The notes below the pieces were generated by a model, which saw only the letters and a program-made list of their open reading frames with translations, was not told the DNA's origin and ran no database searches. A DNA stretch of 64,000 nucleotides from Setoptus koraiensis (Eukaryota; Animalia; Arthropoda): assembly GCA_048013815.1 (NCBI GenBank), contig CM106585.1, positions 22,568,001 through 22,632,000 on the forward strand, read 5' to 3'. Numbering within the stretch: the stretch's first letter is position 1; each line of letters starts with the position of its first letter. This document shows positions 13,332-21,974 of this stretch, piece after piece. The translations under genes were made by a program, and so were the position numbers.

Positions 13332-14294
13332 ATGGCAGTCGACTCCAATGAGCAAAAAAAGGGTGACCAATTGGACCAATCTCGCCCACCCAAGGAAAAC
13401 TCATTAACTAAGAATTTCTTCGGGGGAGCCTTCGGTGGCGTGTGTCTCGTAGTGGCAGGTCATCCGTTAGATACTATTAAAGTTAGACTACAAACACAGC
13501 CATACACGAGCGACAATAAACCAACACAATATACAGGAACTTGGGATTGTTTCAAGAAGACTCTACGCCAGGATGGCTTCCGTGGATTGTACAAAGGTAT
13601 GGCGGCACCTGTGGCTGGAGTTGCACCCATGTACGCCATATGCTTTTGGGCATTCACTTGTGGCAAAGACATACAAAAGAAATCCGACGATCACCAATTA
13701 ACATTGTTCGAAATATTCAACGCTGGTGGTTTAGCCGGTCTAGCCACTACGGCTATATTGGCACCAGGTGAAAGAGTCAAATGTTTGTTACAAATACAAA
13801 GCGCCGCTCAGACAGATGCATCCGTTAGACCAAAATACAATGGACCAGCGGATTGTTTCAAGCAACTGTATAAGCAAGGAGGAATTAGAAATGTATATGT
13901 GGGCACCGTTGCAACAGCGTGCCGAGACGTTCCTGCTACTGCAACTTATTTTATGACGTATGAATATTTTCAACGCATTCTAACACCGGCTGGTCAGTCT
14001 AAAGACCAACTGTCGCCAGGAAGAACACTTTTGGCGGGCGGTATGGCCGGCTTGGCCAATTGGATAGTAGCGATACCGGCTGATGTCTTGAAATCTCGAC
14101 AGCAGACAGCACCAGAGGGCAAATATAAAGGTTTGATTGATGTATTCCAGAAGACTATTAAACAAGAGGGACTTAGCGGCTTGTACAAAGGAGCGACACC
14201 TATCATGTTGAGAGCATTCCCAGCCAATGCTGCATGTTTCCTAGGATATGAGACTGCGATGAAGTTCTTGAACTATTTGTTTCCAAACTCCTAA
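13332..14294 (+). CDS. SLC25A20: Mitochondrial carnitine/acylcarnitine carrier (SLC25A20 / congested-like trachea), intronless, 320 aa
   Basis: Three SLC25 repeats (HPLDTIKVRLQ, PGERVKCLLQ, PADVLKSRQQ), plus GLYKGMAAP and RAFPANAACFLGYE, typical of the carnitine carrier. Confidence 0.93.
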   Translation: MAVDSNEQKKGDQLDQSRPPKENSLTKNFFGGAFGGVCLVVAGHPLDTIKVRLQTQPYTSDNKPTQYTGTWDCFKKTLRQDGFRGLYKGMAAPVAGVAPMYAICFWAFTCGKDIQKKSDDHQLTLFEIFNAGGLAGLATTAILAPGERVKCLLQIQSAAQTDASVRPKYNGPADCFKQLYKQGGIRNVYVGTVATACRDVPATATYFMTYEYFQRILTPAGQSKDQLSPGRTLLAGGMAGLANWIVAIPADVLKSRQQTAPEGKYKGLIDVFQKTIKQEGLSGLYKGATPIMLRAFPANAACFLGYETAMKFLNYLFPNS

Positions 14295-14383
14295 TACAAT
14301 ACCTTCGAACACAGTTAATATTTTGTTTTTATTATTGGTATAAATATTGGTCTATACAAAACTAATAAACATTATCGTAAGGG

Positions 14384-15394
14384 TCATTTCCTCCACGTAA
14401 CTTCCACTTCGTCCGTTCTAAATTTTTGTGTGATCCCAGTCTCACCCCAATTTTCCATCACATAACCAGATTTATACATTAGGTAACCTGCTTGGGCAAT
14501 CATCGCCCCATTGTCTATGCAAAATCTCTCATCCGTTGCATAAACTGTGGCTCCTCTTTCCTTTGCCATTACGTTCATCATGTCTTGTAGACGCTCATTA
14601 CAACCAACACCACCAACCAAAAGAACCTCTTTGGAGCCGGTTTGGGCCATAGCTCGTTCAACCGTTTCTACCAGCATGGCGAACATGGTTTCTTGCAATG
14701 AGAAACAGATATCTGCCTCTGTATACCCGTCTCTCTCTAGCCATACTTTGATGTTTCTCTCTACATGTGTGAGGATTCCTGAAAAAGTCACATCCATACC
14801 TTTAACTTGATAAGGTAATTCAACTAATTTTGATCCTTTTTTTGCCATCTGTTCTATATTGTAGCCAGGACTAGGATCATTGGATAATTTTATTATGCGA
14901 GCAAATCTATCAAGAAAGTTACCTATTGCTATATCTATTGTTTCACCAAATATCCTATATCTTCCTCTACTGAAGGCAATAATTTGAGTGTTTCCCCCGC
15001 TAACATACAAGATTGTGGGATTGTCTGCTTTCGTTATAAGCCTACCCATTTCGATATGAGCTATGCAATGATTCACTGGAATAATAGGTTTTTGCCACAA
15101 TTGCGATATTGTACGAGCCACAACCGCCGTCGATACGAGAGGTGCTCCCATACCCGGCCCTTTTGTGAAACAAATAATATCTATATCGTGAGGTTTCAAT
15201 TTAGCTTCGCTCAGGGCATCATCAACTAGGCCAAGAATGACTGAATTATGGTGCCTCGCTGTCTCAGACGGTTTAAATCCTTCTCCTGGAGGTGTGATAT
15301 ATGTTTTCCTAGGGTTGGCCAGAACTTCACCATCTTTTATTATCCCAATACCTATCTTGTTGGCACTACCCTCGAACCCCATGGCAATAACCAT
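14384..15394 (-). CDS. OSGEP: tRNA N6-adenosine threonylcarbamoyltransferase (Kae1/OSGEP, KEOPS), intronless, 336 aa
   Basis: [61 protein letters not shown] and the C-terminal [11 protein letters not shown]. The start is taken at the ATG at 15394 (MVIAMGFEG). Confidence 0.96.
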   Translation of the reverse strand: MVIAMGFEGSANKIGIGIIKDGEVLANPRKTYITPPGEGFKPSETARHHNSVILGLVDDALSEAKLKPHDIDIICFTKGPGMGAPLVSTAVVARTISQLWQKPIIPVNHCIAHIEMGRLITKADNPTILYVSGGNTQIIAFSRGRYRIFGETIDIAIGNFLDRFARIIKLSNDPSPGYNIEQMAKKGSKLVELPYQVKGMDVTFSGILTHVERNIKVWLERDGYTEADICFSLQETMFAMLVETVERAMAQTGSKEVLLVGGVGCNERLQDMMNVMAKERGATVYATDERFCIDNGAMIAQAGYLMYKSGYVMENWGETGITQKFRTDEVEVTWRK

Positions 15395-15705
15395 TTTTTC
15401 CGAGGACTCAAAGGCTACAGTGATAATGAGTGAATTGAAAACGTTAAAAATTGTTTTTGTTTTCTTTGATGAGAAGCAAAATAAAGTCACGTAACACACG
15501 TGGATGTTTCCAGGTGACTCATATCATCAATAATAAGACAACGTGGTTTGAAAAGCACGTTGTTCAGCGGCACAGGGCGAGGGTTGGTTGTGGTGCAGAT
15601 TCACAACGAAACCATTATTAGTCAAAAAAATTATTTTAGCATTATAGTATTGTATTTATTTTCTCAAGACCTTTTGGATTTATCTCAAGAACTAATTGAT
15701 TCAAG

Positions 15706-17019
15706 ATGAATGGAATAATAAATGTGGGCGATCATGTCGTCTTGAAGAAAACCTATGACGAGGAAAATATGAAAATATTCCGAGTAGAACCAGATAAGCC
15801 AATTTATTATGGTAAATTGAGATTTATTTTCAATAAACTCATTGGAGCTTCTTACGGAACAATATTTGAGATAAAAGATAATGAAATGTTTTTAGTCGAC
15901 AACTTTCAACAGCTGGATTCCGAGTTCACTAGTATAGTAACTAACAGCACATCGACTTTTAATGATAAGTCCCAGTTCTCGCAAGAGAAGATTATCAAGA
16001 AGAAAAAAAGACGCTATCTGAATTTCGTAACAATACTCAGGCCATCTATTCGTCTAATAAGCGATGTATACTTTAGTCGAGACAAAATTGGCGGATTGAG
16101 ATTAGATACTTTGTCCCAGATACTAACCTCTTGCAATGTGCAGAATGGAACAAAATCGCTAATAGTGGACAATAATTTGGGTTTAGTCACTGCCGCTGTG
16201 GTCAGTCGTAGCTGCCCAGATGGTAAATGCATTCAAGTGGCTATGGAATCAGGATTGATAACTAGCTACAGACACGCTGTTGACACATTGGATATCCCCT
16301 CTGAGACATTGAATAATGTTTTATTTTCCATCAACATCAAGGATATTTATAGAATCTCCCAAGGAATTAGCTCGTTTGAGGAAGAGGATGCCAGACGCCA
16401 TCAGCGGACATGCTACAGGTTAGATTACATCAATAAAAAACGCGAGGAGCTCAAGAAGAATTCTTTGGATCACACTAATATCGAGACAACAACAGAAGAA
16501 AGAAAAGAAGATGAGAAATTGGACAAAAGTTCTTACAGTTTCAGACTTGATTTATTGGATGAGACGTTGCTCAAGAAGGAGGCGAATAGAAGTGTTCGCA
16601 AACAAGAAAGAGACAAAGCTTGTGAATATCTCAAGTCTAAATGTCTAGATACACTAATTATAGTCACTCAAAGTTATCATCCACTACCACTATTCAAGTT
16701 GCTATTTCCATTTTTGTTGCCATCCAGACAATTTGCCATTTATAGTGATACCGTTGAGCCCTTAATAGAGTGTCAACATTTCCTCAAGACAGAGTCCTGC
16801 GCAGTTTCCATTTCACTGTCAGAAACCTGGCTTAGGAAGTACCAAGTTTTGCCGGATCGGACGAGACCTGAAATGAACATATCAGGATTCGGAGGTTACT
16901 TATTAAGTGGTACAAAAGCTGTTTTAAATGACGATAGTCGTTCAGAATCAAATATAGAGGCCACCGATGAAGGCGACGATGAGGTCGCAACAAACAATAC
17001 TATTAAAAATTCCGAATGA
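15706..17019 (+). CDS. TRMT6: tRNA m1A58 methyltransferase non-catalytic subunit (TRM6/Gcd10), intronless, 437 aa
   Basis: SQFSQEKIIKKKKRRY, LRLDTLSQILTSCNV, GLVTAAVV and LSETWLRKYQVLPDRTRPEM...GGYLLSG. Confidence 0.9.
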   Translation: MNGIINVGDHVVLKKTYDEENMKIFRVEPDKPIYYGKLRFIFNKLIGASYGTIFEIKDNEMFLVDNFQQLDSEFTSIVTNSTSTFNDKSQFSQEKIIKKKKRRYLNFVTILRPSIRLISDVYFSRDKIGGLRLDTLSQILTSCNVQNGTKSLIVDNNLGLVTAAVVSRSCPDGKCIQVAMESGLITSYRHAVDTLDIPSETLNNVLFSINIKDIYRISQGISSFEEEDARRHQRTCYRLDYINKKREELKKNSLDHTNIETTTEERKEDEKLDKSSYSFRLDLLDETLLKKEANRSVRKQERDKACEYLKSKCLDTLIIVTQSYHPLPLFKLLFPFLLPSRQFAIYSDTVEPLIECQHFLKTESCAVSISLSETWLRKYQVLPDRTRPEMNISGFGGYLLSGTKAVLNDDSRSESNIEATDEGDDEVATNNTIKNSE

Positions 17020-17033
17020 GTCCGTTTTAGCAG

Positions 17034-17683
17034 CTAATCACTATCGTTCTTTTTTGGCTTATCAACATAAAAATTTCTAGTCGCTACTGGTAGTTTAAAT
17101 TCCAGACCATCTAAATCTTTTGTAATCAGAACCTGGCAACTTAACCTCGACGTTGACTTGACGAACAATGCCAAATCAAGCATATCCTCTTCTCCGTCGC
17201 TAGCTGGCGGTAGTTTCTTAAAGCTATTTTCGTCCAAATAAACGTGACAAGTAGAACAAGCCAAGCTACCTTCACAGGCGGCCTCTATTTCAATTCCTGC
17301 CGATTTAGCGGCAGACATTAATGTTTCCCCTACCTTTGCTTCGATTTGTTTACCCTTATGAACAATATTAACTTGAGTTGGTGGGATAACAAGGCGTCTT
17401 TTATCTCGGCTCACGTATGAATTATCACTCAACTTATGTGCTGGCCCATCTGGTCAGTGGGAATACAACAGGCGGTAATCAGTAGTGTGGATATCGAGTT
17501 ATATAAGATTATATTTATATATATGTGAGTTCCGTATGAGCACTTACCTGGTATCAAAGGATGGGGTGGTGATCTAGGTGACATATCTGCCTTATACCTC
17601 AACTGTTTATTCCATACTCTACCAAGAAGAAATTGTCTAAATATTTGCATCATGTAGCTGATATCCCTTCTAGATGAGGCCAT
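17034..17683 (-). CDS. NDUFA7 (complex I B14.5a)-FDX2 ferredoxin fusion; join(17683..17548,17449..17034), 183 aa
   Basis: Exon 1 MASSRRDISYMMQIFRQFLLGR...QLRY...PHPLIP ends at CCAG|GTAAGT. A 98-bp intron ends CTGACCAG|AT. The splice yields LIPDGPAHKLSDNSYVSRDKRRLVIPP (NDUFA7 core), which runs without a stop into a ferredoxin with CEGSLACSTCHV, EEDMLDLA, SRLSCQ and LPVATRNFYVD. The joined length is 552 bp, in frame. Confidence 0.88.
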
Positions 17684-18047
17684 TATGATATATTTAAATA
17701 TTTGACTCGGATCAGGAGAGGTACAGATGATATTTTTAATTACAATCGTACAATAATATACAATATGTAAGCAACTTACGAAGATATTATTATAAATAAA
17801 CATCGGGCAGAAATCATGTGATTTTGTCTTGTGTTCGTTTAGCTAGAAGGACAAAGTACAGGGCGTCTTTTTGCGTCAAAACTAGGTTTAAATTTCCCGC
17901 TGAGAGAGATGCCAATTGGACTAACTCTTCTACTATAAAACACGTGGTAATACCGTTTAATATCGATAACCAACTGAAACTTTGAATAACTAAAAACTTC
18001 CAATCAATCAGGATTCTGGCGTGAAAAACTGCATATTTTGTTCCATC

Positions 18048-18923
18048 ATGAAGTACATTCTCGTAACTGGGGGAGGAGTTGATAAACAAATTATAACCAG
18101 CTCTATAGGATTCCTCTTGAACGCCTGTAACCTCCGGGTCAATGCCATCAAAATAGATACTTATATATGCCTTAACCCCAAATGTGATTCACCGACGCGG
18201 AAAGTTTTCATTACCAAGGACGGTTGCGACGTCGATCAAGACTTGAGAAATTATGAGAGTTTCTTAGATACACGCTTATCTGGGAAAAACCACATAACAA
18301 CTGGTAAAATATACCAAAAAGTTATAAATCAAGAAAGAGAGGGTAAATATCTTGGAAAAACTGTACAGACCGTCAATCATATTACCGATTGCATCCAGGA
18401 CTGGATTAAGGAAGTGGCCACTCTAAAGAACGAGTTCGTCGATTTGAGTGAGACAGATGTTTGTTTAATTGAACTCGGTGGAGCAGTTGATCACGCGTCT
18501 GCTATGGCGTTTACTGAGGCCCTGCGTCAATTTGCAAGCGACCAAAGACGAGAGGACTTCTGTTGCATACATGCAGTATTTGTTCCTCGCACTAAGACTT
18601 CTGGCGAATTCAAGACAAAAGCGTTACAATTCAATGTCCAAGAGTTGCGTAAACTGATTATTTGTCCGAACATGATAGTTTGCAGATCGGAGTACGCTAT
18701 CCCAACAAGTGTCCGTGACAAGATTGCTAGATCTTGTGGTGTAGGCAACAAACAAGTTATAAATTTGCCAGATTCATCTTATAACGTTTCTGTTGAACTA
18801 GAAAAACAAGGCATGATTGAATCGCTAGCTGAATGGTTGAAACTAGACCTTAAAACTAATTCAAAGAAAATTGGAAGGTGGAGCGAGATCAATGAAAGTT
18901 TACAACTGTTGTTATCTAGATAA
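18048..18923 (+). CDS. CTP synthase-like protein, N-terminal synthetase domain only (291 aa), degenerate motifs
   Basis: MKYILVTGG, TTGKIYQKVINQEREGKYLGKTVQTVNHITDCIQDW and IELGG are clearly CTPS. The stop at 18923 falls at the interdomain linker, and LSm2 ends 61 bp away, so there is no glutaminase domain. Confidence 0.85.
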   Translation: MKYILVTGGGVDKQIITSSIGFLLNACNLRVNAIKIDTYICLNPKCDSPTRKVFITKDGCDVDQDLRNYESFLDTRLSGKNHITTGKIYQKVINQEREGKYLGKTVQTVNHITDCIQDWIKEVATLKNEFVDLSETDVCLIELGGAVDHASAMAFTEALRQFASDQRREDFCCIHAVFVPRTKTSGEFKTKALQFNVQELRKLIICPNMIVCRSEYAIPTSVRDKIARSCGVGNKQVINLPDSSYNVSVELEKQGMIESLAEWLKLDLKTNSKKIGRWSEINESLQLLLSR

Positions 18924-18984
18924 GAATATCATCCATATCTTTATTGGATCATTTGAATAGAATCCTGACTCCGACGACTGTGAA

Positions 18985-19281
18985 TCACTTGGCGGCCACA
19001 GTAGTTTTTTCCGCCTCTTTCCTTGTAGCATCCTGTAATAAAGCTGTGTCCACTTCTTTTATTGGCAATTGAACATATCTGACAACAGAGCCTCTGATGA
19101 AACAATTTTTTACACTCAACATATATGGAAATTGCTGGGCATCTTGAGTGGTAACATTTGTGAGTCTGATATTTAAGAATTGGTCTACACTATGTAATGT
19201 CCCACTTATTGTGAGGTTGTTCTTCAATTCGACCACGACATCCTTGCCGACCAATGTCTTGAAGAAGGAATAGAATAACAT
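18985..19281 (-). CDS. LSM2: U6 snRNA-associated Sm-like protein LSm2, intronless, 98 aa
   Basis: MLFYSFFKTLVGKDVVVELKN...GTLHSVDQFLNI...LSVKNCFIRGSVVRYVQLP...DTALLQDATRKEA. ATG at 19281. Confidence 0.96.
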   Translation of the reverse strand: MLFYSFFKTLVGKDVVVELKNNLTISGTLHSVDQFLNIRLTNVTTQDAQQFPYMLSVKNCFIRGSVVRYVQLPIKEVDTALLQDATRKEAEKTTVAAK

Positions 19282-19406
19282 GGTCTTTTGCAAATATACA
19301 AGATGATCTTTTGTGTTGCTTCTAATCTATCGATTAAGTAATGGTGATATTTATTATATTCTCTCGGTATTCTTCCTTTATGATACCTGGAGTGTTACGA
19401 TTGAAT

Positions 19407-19833
19407 GCAGCAAAACGTCTGAACGAAAGTGATGCGTTCCCCACGTTTGTGCACAAGGATGTTTTTATCTGCTGAAGGAGGGGCTTCTCATGCGGAAAAG
19501 GGGCGTAGAGGGTTTTCGGTGAGCGGGTCGCGTGAAAACGTGAACAGCATCAGTGTTGGGGTGGATGGATCTCCCGCAGTGAGAACCGGGAGACGTCTCT
19601 CTAAGAATGCACATCCAAGCACATAGTGTAAATTTTGCAACAACGGGAGAGATCTGGGAGATGGGGGAGAAACAGGAGACGCGGGATCTCCCGGGTAGGA
19701 ATTTCTCGTCTCCCGAGGCGGGAGATCGACCTCCTCCCATCACTAGGGCACCACATGTCCGCCGCGGATTTAGCAGCTGGGAGCATGCCCATGGAAACAT
19801 TTGTGGCCGTTCAAGAATTGGTCGTTAGACTGC
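19407..19833. ncRNA. Candidate structured non-coding RNA (~420 nt), family unassigned
   Basis: A GC-rich island in AT-rich surroundings. The ends pair: GTCTGAACGA (19417-26) with TCGTTAGAC (19822-30). There are several internal perfect hairpins. No convincing protein ORF. Confidence 0.45.
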
Positions 19834-19929
19834 TTTCTCTGTAATAGAGCAATCAAAATAATAATTTAAAACAATATCATATCAACAATATCAACAAACC
19901 CGAGTTTGCCAATAACAAATCCAACAATA

Positions 19930-20824
19930 ATGACCCTGGATGCTCGCAATAGTAATAGCAGCAATAATAATAATGGAACTGATTGTGAATTGGACGCAGC
20001 ATCAGCAAAGGGGATATTTGGTTGGGAAAAAATAAGCGAGGAAATATCTTTACCTGTATTACTTAGAAACAGAACTGAACGAATGGTACCAATCAGGATT
20101 GTTGAACAGGAATTGATTAAAAAATACAGCATATTGCCGACGAAAATATTCTCTTGCATTCACTTTAAGGCCTTTCCAATGACACAGGTTGAAGTGAATC
20201 ATTGGAACAATATTAACAATGAACATTGTGACTATAGATATGGTACTCAACCATTAGGAACTAATGATAGAATTGTTGCTATCAGGGACGTCAAAGAATT
20301 GAATAGATTTCTGAATGTATCCAAGAAAAGATTTCGCATGGATGCCATTGATTCATCTGATAAGTTGGGCATTGTTAAACTCAATTTGATTGGCGAATAT
20401 GACAAACCCGTCCTTATACCCTATATAACGAAACGTAAGTCGATATCCTCACTCATCACCACACTTCTCATTATCTCTCGCTTTAGCAAATAATAGTTTA
20501 CACAGTTGCTCACACTAACTATCCATCTCAATTCACTTTTAATTTACAACAGTGATCAACAATATGCAAGTTCGATTTGTGCCTCAAGCATTGGTCCAGC
20601 CCTACATCCAAGAGCCGTATTATGGCGTACAACCGGTGCCCACCGATTGGGATATTGCCTATCTTAAGATGTTGTGCTTGTATGCCGAAATCGACTCATC
20701 TCAGCTTTATTTGGATAAAGGTGTATTATTGCAGTTGAATGAACTTAGAGACTCATTTATGGGAAATCAAATTCATTATGAAGATTGGATATCTCATAAT
20801 ATTAACCGTCGCACTTTCTCCTAG
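19930..20824 (+). CDS. Uncharacterised protein, join(19930..20434,20553..20824), 258 aa
   Basis: A long ORF ends at AAAC|GTAAGT. The acceptor TTACAACAG| joins in frame (777 bp total). The sequence has globular composition (GWEKI..LPVLLR...VPIRIVE...NNEHCDYRYG). Confidence 0.7.
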
Positions 20825-21974
20825 CTTAAACAATAGAGGAACAACAACAAATAATGATTATTGTTATAATTGGCATGTGCAATAATAGACACCATGATAG
20901 AATCAACGGAACACATCAGGAAAATCTATCCAAGGTCTGTTTGAACACAATAGAAATTATAGCATAACAGTGGAATTTTTCGTATGCAGATGAAATCCTT
21001 ATCACCTCCACCATGTGTTTCCGTATCTCATACATTTCATTCAAATGTACGATTATTTTCACCCGTAATAATATTAATCTATATACTCTTCACAGGAAAC
21101 TATTTCATTCCGTACCTTCGAACAATGATTTATCGCTTGGCTACGGTTAATTATGAGTTTATTGAGCGTGCTTTAGGGAACGACATCCAAGAGTTGGATC
21201 CAGTACTATTAACTGGAAATTATTGTAATAAACCATTGTTATAAAGACGCGTCAAGTCTATGTCCTTGTATCTCACATTACATTGAGCATAAGAATTTTG
21301 TAAATAAATTTGCCCCTTTTTAGATAACACAAACTACATGAAGCCGATTTCAAAAAGAGAACTATGATATCGTATATTGAACAGACTTAAAATCGAGAGA
21401 GATTCGTGTCATAGATATTCGCGGATGACATTAAATTGTTTATTGTTACATGGACGAACAACAAACTGATCCACACTAGATATATCACGCTGCGGTAATT
21501 TGTATCTGCTCTACATCAAATATATCATCCCTAACTAGAGGCTAATTTCTTTGTTTTCAAAACAACTAAAATAGGCTTGGTTTACTTAAAAGTACTTCCA
21601 CTATAGAGTTATGTTAGACCACAACATCACAGAGAAATTATCAGATACATCACAAACTATAGTTGACTTCGATCAACTATTAGGTAGCCGTGCAAAAAAC
21701 AGATAATCACTACATAGGTCAGAGGCATCAACAATTATTTTAGTTAGTCTTTGATTAGTAATAATTGATAGACAAACAAGTTGGCAATCTATAGAGTATC
21801 TAATATTTTGATCTGATGTATGCCGAAAGCCACCGGTAGAAAATAATTTATCTAAAGCATGCATCAAAAGTTTATAGATTGATAATAAATGGATTTGAAT
21901 GATATCTCGGCCTCAGTGTTGTATATCGTCATCCAACAATATATTTGTTGTGAATTACCGAGGAAATAGATAGA

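Noticed and set aside
15395-15499. N-terminal extension of OSGEP in the ORF track
   Set aside because: Non-ATG start. The conserved protein begins at MVIAMGFEG (15394).
17034-17432. ORF-track 132-aa stand-alone ferredoxin and the neighbouring 124-aa ORF (17429..17803) as two genes
   Set aside because: The ferredoxin ORF begins at a TTG in the middle of the NDUFA7 motif (HKLSDN). The 124-aa ORF runs through a canonical intron. One spliced CDS explains both.
19381-19400. ATACCTGG as the 5' end of U1 snRNA
   Set aside because: It lacks the ACTTAC 5'-splice-site recognition sequence and the downstream U1 stem-loops.
20984-21480. Small ORFs and an IFADDIKLF string resembling a non-LTR reverse-transcriptase motif
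   Set aside because: The spacing to a DFKK-like motif is far too short, the frames are broken, and no other RT motifs are present. It could be a relic, but I cannot support it.
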